From a virus, in IMG/VR virus record IMGVR_UViG_3300020171_000018, positions 21,803 through 85,802 of that record: a DNA stretch of 64,000 nt, one strand, 5' to 3'. Under the pieces are notes generated by a model. It was not told where the DNA came from. It saw only the letters and a program-made list of their open reading frames with translations, and searched no databases. The position numbers were made by a program, and so were the translations under genes. Shown piece after piece: positions 1-9,379 of the stretch (its first letter is position 1; each line of letters opens with the position of its first letter).

Positions 1-239
1 TCACACCAGTCCAGCCACTTCTTGTCTTCGTAGTAGGCGTGCTGGGCCTCGGGCTGGAACAGGAACTCGGGGGCGGTTAGCCGGCCCCCATCAGGGAGTT
101 CCTTGACCGCACTGAACACGTATCGGCCAGTGGATGTGTCGCAGAAGCAGTCAACCTCATGGCCTTTGCTGCGAAGGAGTTGAGCGAGGGCCAAGACGCG
201 GGACTCGTTCCTCCAACTGCTAGCGATGTAGAGTCTCAT
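1..239 (-). CDS. Nucleoside 2-deoxyribosyltransferase-like protein (runs off window start)
   Basis: Hand translation MRLYIASSWRNESRVLALAQLLRSKGHEVDCF...EDKKWLDWC; the YIASSW start is typical of NDT-like proteins. Confidence 0.6.
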   Translation of the reverse strand, partial: MRLYIASSWRNESRVLALAQLLRSKGHEVDCFCDTSTGRYVFSAVKELPDGGRLTAPEFLFQPEAQHAYYEDKKWLDWC

Positions 240-240
240 G

Positions 241-393
241 CTACCCTCTGACCTGTTCTTGAGCCTTCTTGCCCCTCCAAGGGCACTTTCTACACGCCCA
301 ATCCTGCGTCCGCTGGCGCCACTCAACGAGGGCACCGCAGGCCGGGCACTTGGGCCTGCCTGGAACCTCTGAGGCAACTGTGGTCTTATTCAC
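241..393 (-). CDS. Small Zn-ribbon protein
   Basis: Hand-translated 50 aa with CPAC...CRKC; GGGGAG upstream of GTG. Confidence 0.5.
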   Translation of the reverse strand: MNKTTVASEVPGRPKCPACGALVEWRQRTQDWACRKCPWRGKKAQEQVRG

Positions 394-471
394 GGGTCAA
401 CTCCCCTTCTTGAAAATGAGGTAGAAGCAGTGTTTCCTTCCTAGCCAACTTGTCTCGTCTAATGAGCGCCA

Positions 472-750
472 TTAGCTAGCTGCTGTTTCCAAGAGACTCC
501 ATATTGGGTTCTCCTTCAGTCCCATCCTACACCCATAGATTTTGCTGTGGTCGAAAGCCCCCTCCTTGAAAATGAGTCTGCCAATTTGGATACCATCGGG
601 ATTGGTCACAAATACACTCCCCCACATAGGCGTCCCGTAGTATGGTAGTCGTGAGCCGACTTTGCCAACGGTGAAGCGGTAACTTGGGAACTCTTGCCCC
701 AAAGATAGGGCCTTCGCCTGCATTGAGTCCTCGCACTTGTGCCAATCCAT
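472..750 (-). CDS. Hypothetical protein
   Basis: ORF track; AAGGAG RBS. Confidence 0.55.
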   Translation of the reverse strand: MDWHKCEDSMQAKALSLGQEFPSYRFTVGKVGSRLPYYGTPMWGSVFVTNPDGIQIGRLIFKEGAFDHSKIYGCRMGLKENPIWSLLETAAS

Positions 751-830
751 ATCATATCTCCTTACGGTACTTGTACTTCCTCTCAGTGGAATCCCACTCT
801 ATGTAACCCTTCGAGACCGCCCCGCTTGCC

Positions 831-1169
831 CTATCCATGAGCCGGATCTTCGGGCTTGACCGCTGCTCCGGGTATGGGGTTGCCACGAAACCTGTTTGCG
901 GCCAACTTGCTGGCGGGGCGGTAAGAGATGCTGTCTCCCCTTGCACCCTCTGGCAGGTCTGACGGCTTAGCAATCCTGACAAATGACTCGCTGGGCGCTT
1001 GGATAGGATAGCGGGTCAGCAGGTACTTCCCCGTTGCGGGCCCGGCTGTGACCTGGGCAAGGAGGCATAGCGTACCCTTGCTGCGCCAAGTCTTAACCAC
1101 CGCAGTGGAGGCGTAGTAGCCACTCGGAGCGAAGTCAGCCTTTTTTAGGTCTCGCAGTCGAATGGTCAT
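831..1169 (-). CDS. Hypothetical protein
   Basis: AAGGAGG RBS, directly downstream of leftward promoter. Confidence 0.65.
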   Translation of the reverse strand: MTIRLRDLKKADFAPSGYYASTAVVKTWRSKGTLCLLAQVTAGPATGKYLLTRYPIQAPSESFVRIAKPSDLPEGARGDSISYRPASKLAANRFRGNPIPGAAVKPEDPAHG

Positions 1170-1230
1170 GGAGCCTCCTTGTACCCGTAGTCAGGCATCT
1201 ATCTCTCCCACTCTCGCCAGCGTTTCCCCT

Positions 1231-1259
1231 AGCATATCACCAACTGAAAACCCTGTCAA
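1231..1259 (-). promoter_or_regulatory. Sigma70-type leftward promoter
   Basis: TTGACA-17 bp-TATGCT with TGn extension. Confidence 0.75.
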
Positions 1260-1297
1260 GGGGCCAAAACTCGTACAAAATTGGGGGGTAAAGGGTA

Positions 1298-1326
1298 TTG
1301 ACATTGTGTGAAAGGGGGTGTACTAT
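1298..1326 (+). promoter_or_regulatory. Sigma70-type rightward (early) promoter
   Basis: TTGACA-17 bp-TACTAT, back to back with the leftward promoter. Confidence 0.8.
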
Positions 1327-1366
1327 TTCAGTGTACAGCGAGAGAATAGAAGGAGGGGGAGCGGCA

Positions 1367-1576
1367 ATGAGGAAGACGATGCTGACAGTCCGGGAGCAAA
1401 GGTTCGTGAACAACTTTGTGGGGTCGGAAGCGGGCCCCTACTGGCGCGCCAACTTGGAGGCTGACCTCGCCAGCTACCGCTACCCCCACACAGCAGCGGT
1501 GAGGGCGACCGTTGCGCGGTTGCAGGAGCAATACAACGCCACGGGGGCTTTCACACCCCTGCCCGAAACAATCTAG
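1367..1576 (+). CDS. Early hypothetical protein
   Basis: ATG after AAGGAGGGGGAG; the TTG start in the track is the -35 box. Confidence 0.65.
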   Translation: MRKTMLTVREQRFVNNFVGSEAGPYWRANLEADLASYRYPHTAAVRATVARLQEQYNATGAFTPLPETI

Positions 1577-1651
1577 CAGAGCCACCCCTTGCCCAGCGCA
1601 AGGGGCTAATGCCCAGCCCGGTGGCAAGGCCGGGCAGAAAGAAGGAATGAC

Positions 1652-1909
1652 ATGGCGACAATGCAGGAGCGCATCAACAAGCAAGGGCAGGCGTACATAG
1701 CGGGACTGGCAGCCACAGCCAAGAGTCTGTGGGCACTGGCCTGCAATGAGGATGGCATCCCGGTGGACAGCAAGTTCGCGGTCTTCTCGGACGGCAACCG
1801 GGCAGCCAAGCTCCACGACAGGGCAATGCAGCAGTATTTCGAGGCTCGCCAACAGTACGCCGATGGGGGGTATGTCGGCCTGAGGATTGAGCAGGGCAGA
1901 GCAAAGTAG
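1652..1909 (+). CDS. Early hypothetical protein
   Basis: RBS AAGGA, preceded by conserved hairpin motif. Confidence 0.65.
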   Translation: MATMQERINKQGQAYIAGLAATAKSLWALACNEDGIPVDSKFAVFSDGNRAAKLHDRAMQQYFEARQQYADGGYVGLRIEQGRAK

Positions 1910-2148
1910 GAACGCAGAAGAGGGAGGTAAGGCGATGGGACACGGGCAACTCGGCTGCTACAGAGCAATCAAGGTGACGGCCCCTTGCGGTCATGTACTC
2001 CTAGTGAGCATCCCCCCAACGCGGAGTGGGCAGCCTGGGGCAGCAGGCCGCCGAAACATTGAGAGGGCCAAGAACCGCCCATGCTGGAATTGCAGACAGA
2101 TACACCCTGGTCTTTAAGGGGAACGCAGAAGAGGGAGGTAAGGCGATG
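1909..2148 (+). repeat. 29-bp perfect direct repeat GGAACGCAGAAGAGGGAGGTAAGGCGATG (1909-1937, 2120-2148)
   Basis: Each copy runs from just after a stop codon through RBS and ATG. Confidence 0.9.
1935..2117 (+). CDS. Small Cys/His protein (CGH...CxxC)
   Basis: ATG supplied by the repeat; PCGH and CWNC. Confidence 0.55.
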   Translation: MGHGQLGCYRAIKVTAPCGHVLLVSIPPTRSGQPGAAGRRNIERAKNRPCWNCRQIHPGL

Positions 2149-2910
2149 ACATACAGGGAGCGCAAAGAGGCCAAGGCTGAGCGCCTCCGCGAGTGGGCGG
2201 CCAAGCGCAACGAGAAGGCCATAGCCGCCAGCGACAAAATGCACGCTATTATGGACAACATCCCCCTGGGCCAGCCAATCCTGGTCGGCCACCACTCCGA
2301 GGCCCATGCCCGACGCGACCAGGCCCGCATCGAAAGCAGCATGTCTGCTGTAGTGGAGAACACCCGCACGGCAGAGGCATTCGAGAGCCGCGCTGACAAC
2401 ATCGAGAAGGCCCTGGACCGCTCCATCTACTCGGACGACGACAACGCCATCGCAGCTCTGGAGGCCCGCATAGCCCAGCATGAGCGGGAGCGCGACCACA
2501 TGAAGAACATCAACGGCCTTTTTCGCAAGGCTGACGTGGCAGGACTGGCCGCGCTGGGCCTGGACTATAGCACCCTCAAGGCCAAGGTGGACAAGGCGTA
2601 CTCTTGGGAGAAGTCGCCCTACCCTGGATGGGCGCTGACCAACCTGGGCGCCCGCATTCGCACGGACAAGGAGCGCATGGAGACCATCAAGGCGCAATCG
2701 GCCCGCCACGAGCAGGCAGAGGCCAGCGGGGGCGTCACGGTGGAGGGTGCCGAGTGGGTGCGTGTGACGTTCGCAGAAAAGCCAGAGCGCGAAATCCTGA
2801 CGGCTCTCCGAGCTGCCGGCTTTTACTGGGGAGGTGGTTCCTGGAACGGGCAGAGGGCCAAGATACCCACCTGTGTGCCCATAGCCCAAGAAGCCCAAAA
2901 GGAATCTTAG
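2146..2910 (+). CDS. DUF3560 domain protein
   Basis: IPLGQPILVGHHSEAHARRD signature; C-terminal GFYW small domain. Confidence 0.85.
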   Translation: MTYRERKEAKAERLREWAAKRNEKAIAASDKMHAIMDNIPLGQPILVGHHSEAHARRDQARIESSMSAVVENTRTAEAFESRADNIEKALDRSIYSDDDNAIAALEARIAQHERERDHMKNINGLFRKADVAGLAALGLDYSTLKAKVDKAYSWEKSPYPGWALTNLGARIRTDKERMETIKAQSARHEQAEASGGVTVEGAEWVRVTFAEKPEREILTALRAAGFYWGGGSWNGQRAKIPTCVPIAQEAQKES

Positions 2911-2925
2911 AAGGAGATTGACACA

Positions 2926-3129
2926 ATGAAGCGTGAGTACATCATCTACGACTCAAGGCCCGCGTACTGCTTCGGCGGAGGGCACAAGTTCAACGCATTC
3001 CCGACCCACAACCAGCCCTGGGAAGTCGTGAGGGAGTTCTTGCCGGCTGATGTGTGCAACTACGCTCGCACTATCGCAGAGAACAAGCCTGCGGCAGTCA
3101 AGGAGGCCAAGAGACGTTGGGCCAAGTAA
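2926..3129 (+). CDS. Hypothetical protein
   Basis: AAGGAG RBS. Confidence 0.6.
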   Translation: MKREYIIYDSRPAYCFGGGHKFNAFPTHNQPWEVVREFLPADVCNYARTIAENKPAAVKEAKRRWAK

Positions 3130-3167
3130 CGCCCAGCCACGGCGAGACGTGGCGGAAAGAGGATAGC

Positions 3168-3353
3168 ATGATTGACGGAATGGCAGAAGCCAAAGCGCAC
3201 GAGAAGGCGCGAATCCACTCCAAGCACGGCCTAACGCGCTATGTGGTGTACGAGGGTGGCGAGTGGAGCACGGCAAGCGATTACGATATGGACACCTTCT
3301 ACGCTGGCAATCAGCCAGTCGCCTGCTACGTGGACGGGAAACGCGATAGCTAG
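3168..3353 (+). CDS. Hypothetical protein
   Basis: ATG after hairpin and GAGGA motif. Confidence 0.6.
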   Translation: MIDGMAEAKAHEKARIHSKHGLTRYVVYEGGEWSTASDYDMDTFYAGNQPVACYVDGKRDS

Positions 3354-3391
3354 CAGCCTGGTGGCAAGCCGAGGGGCGGAAAGAGGATACG

Positions 3392-3751
3392 ATGGCAACG
3401 ATGGCGGAACTGGTAGAGATATTCGGGGAGCCAATCTCCACCTACACCCGCGCCCAGGGCATCGAGGACGGCGTGTTGGTGGACGTGACCGAGTGGGCCA
3501 GCCCCCAACAGATGATGGGCGGATTCACGGTGCCCGTGGCAATGACGGCGGCTCTGTGGGCGAAGGTGGAGGCTCCCAAGGGCAGCCTACAGGACACACG
3601 GGGTCGCGCCCATGACGTGCTCTGGCTGGCGAGCTTGGCAGTGCGGCGCGGGCGGGAATATTACAAGGTCAAGCTCGGAAACCGCGCACCCGTGCTCCGC
3701 GTGGTGGTGGACGGCGACGGCGTAACCATCGGATACCCAGACGACTTCTAG
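3392..3751 (+). CDS. DUF6573-like protein
   Basis: ISTYTRAQGIEDGVLVDVT...FTVPVAMT...GRAHDVLW motifs. Confidence 0.7.
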   Translation: MATMAELVEIFGEPISTYTRAQGIEDGVLVDVTEWASPQQMMGGFTVPVAMTAALWAKVEAPKGSLQDTRGRAHDVLWLASLAVRRGREYYKVKLGNRAPVLRVVVDGDGVTIGYPDDF

Positions 3752-3763
3752 GGGAGGTCTAAC

Positions 3764-4273
3764 ATGACCATCTATCGCACGAGAGGTCGCATTCGCCAGC
3801 GGGTTCGCACACTCGCCAAACTCGCAGGCATCGAGCCGCCCATCGTCGCCTTCTCACGAGCGGAGGTTCTGGCGCACCGCCCCGACATGGGAGACGCCCG
3901 GCGGTCAATGTTCACCAAACGCGACGACTGCTACGGACGGGCCTGTCACGCTATCCCCGCTATAGACAACTGCCCAACTCATCCAGCCTTGATATGGTTC
4001 TCTATGCCAGTTGCCGACAGCACGCTGGCGCACGAGGTCAATCATCTCAGGACGCGAACCAGCCACAACACCCAGACCTTTGACCGCCAAGTGGCCGCAA
4101 TGGTGCGCGGCAAGGCCCCCACAGTCAAGTGGCATGATTACATCGTCACGGTTACTGTCTCGACGCGATACAAGGTGAGCGCACCATCACCAGCCGTCGC
4201 CAAGCAATCCTATAGGCGCGGCGAGGTACTGGACACCAAGCAGGCGCTGACCGCACGAAAGGGGGCAAAGTGA
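3764..4273 (+). CDS. Zincin/SprT-like metallopeptidase domain protein
   Basis: TLAHEVNH (HExxH) followed by H...F. Confidence 0.55.
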   Translation: MTIYRTRGRIRQRVRTLAKLAGIEPPIVAFSRAEVLAHRPDMGDARRSMFTKRDDCYGRACHAIPAIDNCPTHPALIWFSMPVADSTLAHEVNHLRTRTSHNTQTFDRQVAAMVRGKAPTVKWHDYIVTVTVSTRYKVSAPSPAVAKQSYRRGEVLDTKQALTARKGAK

Positions 4274-4536
4274 GATGAACAGCATAAGATTCCGCTTCTG
4301 GGGCCTGCTGTTTAAGTTCTGGTATCGGCTGGGGGAGTACAGTGGCCGCCGCGCTCAGGGGTGCGTTGACAGGATGCCTTGGTCCAAGCCCAAGAAGGAG
4401 GCCCAGCCATGAGTTGCGTAGGACGCCTGATACTACGCCTCTGGACATTCGTCTACGGCCGTCCGGCCCACACTCCTGTTATCTGGGGCGGGAGGGTCAT
4501 AATCATTCCTAATGAGCAAGGGCGGCGAGGGCGGCG

Positions 4537-5193
4537 ATGAGCCTAGAGACTACCCTTCCAGCCAAGGTGCAAATAGCCAACCTCTTTGCCAACTCAGGTC
4601 CCCAGGTCTCATCTTGGGCCAAGCTGGGGCGCCTAGTCAACCCTCCCATCTCCCGTGAGCGGGCCAGGGTGATAGGTCGCATCCTTGGCCTCTCCCTGCC
4701 CGAGAAGAATAGCTCGCACCTGTGCCAGTCCTGCGGCACAAAGGTACACCGGGCATCCAACATCTGCCGGGCCTGCAACAGTCAGAAGAGGTTCGCGGAC
4801 TCCTCGGTGGAGCTCACCTGCACTGGCTGCGGTGTCATCAAGCGGGTCCTGAAGTCCTACGCACGGGAGCTGGAACGGAGAGGCCACAAACGGTTCTACC
4901 ATGACCGGGCCTGCTTCTTGGCTCACGGCGGCAGGCCCCCTAGTGGATCCGTGGCGTCCATGCAGACCATCAAGCCCGGGGAGGCCAGGCGCATTGAGCA
5001 CCCAGATGTATCCTGCATATCCAGAAAGGCTCAGGGGCGGGGGTCTGGGTACATTTGCACTCTGGCCCATGCGTTCTATCGGACTGGGTGGAAAGGGGTG
5101 GTGTACCATGAGGGGGAGCATGTGGCGGTGGTAGTGAGGTTCCCAGAGTCAACCATTATCCCTTCATATGCCTATCTGGTTAACTCCCAATGA
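4537..5193 (+). CDS. HTH (sigma70 region 4-like) plus Zn-finger protein; C-terminus rewritten by an insertion
   Basis: ISRERARVI helix and three CxxC pairs; last 8 residues come from the TIR at 5167. Confidence 0.6.
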   Translation: MSLETTLPAKVQIANLFANSGPQVSSWAKLGRLVNPPISRERARVIGRILGLSLPEKNSSHLCQSCGTKVHRASNICRACNSQKRFADSSVELTCTGCGVIKRVLKSYARELERRGHKRFYHDRACFLAHGGRPPSGSVASMQTIKPGEARRIEHPDVSCISRKAQGRGSGYICTLAHAFYRTGWKGVVYHEGEHVAVVVRFPESTIIPSYAYLVNSQ

Positions 5194-5985
5194 TACTAGG
5201 GGTAGTAGGAGGATGTAAACGATGAGAAACGATACGTCGAGTGCATCTCGGCATGGTAGAATCCTGGGTAACGGTATCCTGTTGTGGGGCGCAACCGTTA
5301 TGATGATGGGGACGTTCTCAGCAGTATTCGCCTCTTACGCAGCAGGGGATATTGGATTCGGGCCAGCTATTGCCGTGGGACTCATTGCTGCTACGTTCTC
5401 TGCCTTACTGGCACTCTTTGGGGTACTCGGCGTGTGGTTGTGGCACCATTGGTTGCAGCCCAACCTGACATATGAGGTGCTCTTTCATCCGCATGTTGCT
5501 GGTGGGTGTGAATGGCCTCCAACGTCAGACCACGACATTCAATGGCAACAAAAGATGACTCGTCCTATTCCCGGGCCTCCTGATGGTGCTTTCATCTATC
5601 TACGGCTTCGAGCAACAATGGGGGGCACCGTTCGGGATGTTCATGTGCAATTCGTCACGCGACATTGGAAGCTGCATCCATCCTTGTGGCAGTGGGATGC
5701 AGCTACTCCCATTGTTGAACAACTTGAGGACCCCGTTACGGAGGGCAACCAAAGGGGTGGTCAAACGCTCACCTATAGCAAGCCAAAGGAACTGTCCAAA
5801 GGGGACTGCTTGTACCTTCGTCTAGTCGTTGCTGCTAGGAATCAATGGTCGGGCCACTTGGAGGTGAGTACACAGGCGGCCTATGGACAAAAGGGGTTCA
5901 TACGGCGCTCCGTTACTTTGGTATAAGAAAAGGGTAACTGGCTCTACAAGGGGTGGTAGTCTTGGGAGTTAACCAGATAGGCATA
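5167..5985. mobile_element. Non-autonomous IS1595-family (ISSod11-like ends) insertion cassette with one passenger gene
   Basis: Perfect 24-bp TIR TATGCCTATCTGGTTAACTCCCAA (5167-5190, 5962-5985); 8-bp TSD TCCCTTCA (5159-5166, 5986-5993); no transposase. Confidence 0.85.
5222..5926 (+). CDS. Passenger membrane protein (2 N-terminal TM segments plus beta domain)
   Basis: AGGAGG RBS; two hydrophobic segments. Confidence 0.75.
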   Translation: MRNDTSSASRHGRILGNGILLWGATVMMMGTFSAVFASYAAGDIGFGPAIAVGLIAATFSALLALFGVLGVWLWHHWLQPNLTYEVLFHPHVAGGCEWPPTSDHDIQWQQKMTRPIPGPPDGAFIYLRLRATMGGTVRDVHVQFVTRHWKLHPSLWQWDAATPIVEQLEDPVTEGNQRGGQTLTYSKPKELSKGDCLYLRLVVAARNQWSGHLEVSTQAAYGQKGFIRRSVTLV

Positions 5986-6124
5986 TCCCTTCAAACCCCT
6001 TCTAACACCCCCTGAAAACCAGTACCGCCAATAGTGGCCCAGGCTATCAGCGGCACCGGAAGGAGGGTCGCCACGAAGCGGCGAGGATGAATGCTAAGTA
6101 GGCGCTACTGCCATTGGCTCCTTC

Positions 6125-6592
6125 TCATGCTATCCTCAGTGGAGTCAGCACCCTCGTCCTGATGGTAGTCACCTTGCTGCGCACGTCTTCAATTTCGGAT
6201 ATGACGGCAGAGACGGCGATGCTCAGGCTGTAGGTCACGTAGTCAGCAGGAGCCAGCGGGTCATGTGGGTCAGGTCCATTGGCTGCTGCGGTGATGAAGT
6301 TGCCCCCTGTGATGCTTACTCGCACAAAGGATGGCCCTCCTCTGTCCGCAGCCTTCAGTCGCCAGCCGTTCAGCAGCTCCACGGTCAACCCGGTCTTGAG
6401 GCCACCACCTAGGTCATTCTGCCCGGATGCCCTGGCGACAATCTTGCTGTCCATGTGGTTCAGGTTGGCCGAGGCATCATGGGCAGAGTCGTAGATTTCT
6501 TGGAGCGTGATGGTCACGTAGGCTATCTGCAACTCCATAATCTGCGTATCGAAGTTGAAGTCGAACTTCCCAAAGGTCTGAGTGTTAGCCAC
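6125..6592 (-). CDS. Putative virion protein resembling the N-terminal domain of 6872-9364
   Basis: ITLQEIY...LLNGW versus SAQTMYSELQD...MINGW. Confidence 0.55.
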   Translation of the reverse strand: MANTQTFGKFDFNFDTQIMELQIAYVTITLQEIYDSAHDASANLNHMDSKIVARASGQNDLGGGLKTGLTVELLNGWRLKAADRGGPSFVRVSITGGNFITAAANGPDPHDPLAPADYVTYSLSIAVSAVISEIEDVRSKVTTIRTRVLTPLRIA

Positions 6593-6875
6593 TAGTGGCT
6601 TCCTGCAACAGGTCTAGCAGTTCGACTTTATGGGCTTTCTCGTTCTTGATGCCCCCCTCAAACATCAGAACATTCGCGTCGCACTGGTCAATCGCTGCCC
6701 TCAATGCCTTCGGGTCATACCGAGTCTTGCGGGGGAGGGACATTTTGACGCTCAACTGGCCCGCCCTCGCAAGCTCCATTACATGGTTCCAGCACAGCGG
6801 GAGGTTGTCCTCCCGCCGTGTGACCACAGCATCCTCGTGACACCCGTTCTGTCCGCAAGCACCTAAGTTCTTCAT
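6585..6875 (-). CDS. Small Cys-containing coiled-coil protein
   Basis: Overlaps both neighbours at start and stop. Confidence 0.6.
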   Translation of the reverse strand: MKNLGACGQNGCHEDAVVTRREDNLPLCWNHVMELARAGQLSVKMSLPRKTRYDPKALRAAIDQCDANVLMFEGGIKNEKAHKVELLDLLQEATSG

Positions 6876-9364
6876 GTGGCGTTCGGGTCTGGGGTGCGGG
6901 TGGCCGTTGCCGACAGACCCGTTGTGCCTATGCTCCCTGTAGACTCGAACGGTACGATTGGCACGCCTGCTGATTCCCTCACCCGGATAATCACCGAGAT
7001 TGCAGTCGTCTGCACGATGTCGTTGGACTCGCTTGCAGCGTCCGCCACGCGGTCCAGGTAGGGCACATAGGCGTCGTCGTCTGTACCATATGCCCTGACC
7101 AGCCTGTTTATCTGGTAGGTGTCAGTCGACACCTGACCAGCGATGGGCGGGCTGATGGTAAGCTCCGTGGCAGTCACCGCCGTCACATAGCTGCTGAGTG
7201 CCCGGGTGACGTTGTACACGATGTCTCCCACCAGCACGGGCTCTGCACCCAGCCAGTTGGCACCCGAGTTCACCATGAGGGTGGTTGTAGTATTTGCTGT
7301 GAGCGTCCCTGCGGAGTTCGTCACCACCGTCAGCACGAATGTGACGCCGCTAAAGCTGGAGAACCGATACCTGTCCTCGATTGCCAGTACCGTGTCAATG
7401 ACGCGGATGGCCGCTCGGTTGATGTCTTTGCCGTCTGGCACATCCAACTGAATGGTTGCGTGTCCGTCCCCATCGTCAGTGATAACGATGTCCAGGTCAC
7501 TCAGGTTGTTGCCCGCCGCCAGGTTGAACGTAGCGTGCTTGTGCTCAGCACCTACTGGGGTCTGCGTGGGGAGCTTGAGGACTGCCCCGCTGGCGTCCAC
7601 CTGGAATACAGCTACGGAGTCTCCAGCCACCAGACCGCCTACCGTGACAGGCACTGTGTTCGGCGGAGCCTGCGTTGAGCCGTCGTCTCCAATCAGGGTG
7701 TAGTTCTGCTTGTCCGCCGTCGCCATAAGCTTGACGTAGACGCCCCTGGCTCCGAACAGCTTGCCTCCTGCAAATGTACCGAAAGCGGCAGCTTTGGGAC
7801 TTGAGATTGCCGTCACAACGGTACAGTTGGCCGCCGTCAACGTCGGGGTAGTAATCTGCTCCGAGGTCTGGAAGGTCCCATCGAGCCGTGTCACCATGAG
7901 GTATCCCGCCGCACCTGAAGCAGTGGCACTGGCCACGACACCCTTTGCACCTGAGGTTCCACCCGTCACGACCTCGCCCACCACAGCGTTGCCCGTCGCA
8001 CCGTTGTAGTCGAGCCGTACCTCGACGCCCTTGTAAAACTGCCCCTGTACTGCTAGGGCTGCACCGGAGTCAATATCCGCTGTGACCCCACGTCGCATCC
8101 TGTACTGGAGCACCTCATAGGTGTCCTTCATCAACTCGGCGCTGCAGTCAATCTCGACGGAGTAAAGGATTGGGCCATTACCGTTGAGCAGGTCACGGCT
8201 GATGCGTCCAAAGGTGATGGTCACATCGGACTGCGGCGCAACAGCAGCATTGATGTTGGTGATGGTGCCTACCGTGGCGACAGCACTGCTGGACTGGCCT
8301 TCGAGTACGTCACCCACAGCTATGTCAAGGTGGCCTAGCTGCATGATGTCCAGCGTGATGGTCGGGTTGCTGCCGGACTTCGCTCGTATGTAGCCAACGA
8401 AGCCCTTGTTGGAAGGCGTCGTTGGGACCTTGATAACCTCACCCACCGTGAACGTCCCACTGGATGAGGTGGTGGTCAACCGCCTCGTGCCATCCGTGTT
8501 GTTGATGTCTGTGGCGGTGGCGAAGGCGATAACGCTGTTACCACCAATCTTGCTGGCCTCAAAGTTGTCGTACACGGTGCCCTCCTTATGGGCAAAGAAC
8601 TGTACGCGGCCAGCGTTTATAGCCTTTCCCGCCTCCTGCGTCGCCACTAGGATGTCTATCTGCCCCAGTGAGCCGAGGGCCCCGTTGGTCTCTGTGGCTG
8701 ATGCATGTTCTGGAAGCACCCCGATAGGGATGCCTACTGCCGACCTGTCCTGTACGGCGTACAGTTTGGTATCGGGAGTTCCCGCTACCTGGGCGTGAAT
8801 CGTGCCCAGGGTGCTGAACTGTGACCAGAAGTTCTCGCCGGTGGCGGAGCCGCCAGTTTGGAATGTGGCGGTGAAGTTGCCCGCAGCTACGGAGTTGCTG
8901 ACCGTATATGCCTCGGTTGCGTTGTTGAAGGTGCCGGTAAGTACTCTGATATAGACGACACCTATCTCCGAGCCATACCGCTGGTCCCAGCCCAGAATCT
9001 TTCCAGTGGCGGTCGATGTAGTACCCGTGATGGTCTCACCACGGTCATCGGCCTCGAACATCACGCCCGCGCCAGAGGCGTTATAGGAGATTGCTCGAAT
9101 CACCCCGGTCGCCCATCCACTGGTCGTGAGAGAGCCTGTCTTGATGTACTGAAGCGAGTCCGAGTCTATAAACCAGCCATTTATCATGGTGAACTGAGTC
9201 GGTGTCTGTGCCGACATGGGTACCTGGTCATCCATCTGGTTCAGGGCATCGAACAGGTCCTGCAACTCTGAGTACATCGTCTGGGCACTGTAAATGTCCG
9301 TTCCAGTCAGGTGCCGTATGATTTTGTTGGCATAGTCAATGCTGAAGTCGCTTAGGAATGCCAT
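6872..9364 (-). CDS. Large virion spike/receptor-binding-like protein
   Basis: 830 aa, G/T/A-rich; repeated GExITG(G/T)TSxAxG-type units. Confidence 0.6.
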   Translation of the reverse strand: MAFLSDFSIDYANKIIRHLTGTDIYSAQTMYSELQDLFDALNQMDDQVPMSAQTPTQFTMINGWFIDSDSLQYIKTGSLTTSGWATGVIRAISYNASGAGVMFEADDRGETITGTTSTATGKILGWDQRYGSEIGVVYIRVLTGTFNNATEAYTVSNSVAAGNFTATFQTGGSATGENFWSQFSTLGTIHAQVAGTPDTKLYAVQDRSAVGIPIGVLPEHASATETNGALGSLGQIDILVATQEAGKAINAGRVQFFAHKEGTVYDNFEASKIGGNSVIAFATATDINNTDGTRRLTTTSSSGTFTVGEVIKVPTTPSNKGFVGYIRAKSGSNPTITLDIMQLGHLDIAVGDVLEGQSSSAVATVGTITNINAAVAPQSDVTITFGRISRDLLNGNGPILYSVEIDCSAELMKDTYEVLQYRMRRGVTADIDSGAALAVQGQFYKGVEVRLDYNGATGNAVVGEVVTGGTSGAKGVVASATASGAAGYLMVTRLDGTFQTSEQITTPTLTAANCTVVTAISSPKAAAFGTFAGGKLFGARGVYVKLMATADKQNYTLIGDDGSTQAPPNTVPVTVGGLVAGDSVAVFQVDASGAVLKLPTQTPVGAEHKHATFNLAAGNNLSDLDIVITDDGDGHATIQLDVPDGKDINRAAIRVIDTVLAIEDRYRFSSFSGVTFVLTVVTNSAGTLTANTTTTLMVNSGANWLGAEPVLVGDIVYNVTRALSSYVTAVTATELTISPPIAGQVSTDTYQINRLVRAYGTDDDAYVPYLDRVADAASESNDIVQTTAISVIIRVRESAGVPIVPFESTGSIGTTGLSATATRTPDPNAT

Positions 9365-9379
9365 GTCGTCCTCCTCATG

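Noticed and set aside
403-576. Near-repeat CCCCT(T/C)CTTGAAAATGAG at ~403 and ~559
   Set aside because: Only two short copies with no boundaries or TSD; chance or a small gene remnant.
1969-2898. 309-aa antisense ORF (likewise 24557-25522, 34608-35825, 50492-51286)
   Set aside because: Shadow frames opposite well-supported genes in GC-rich DNA; no motifs.
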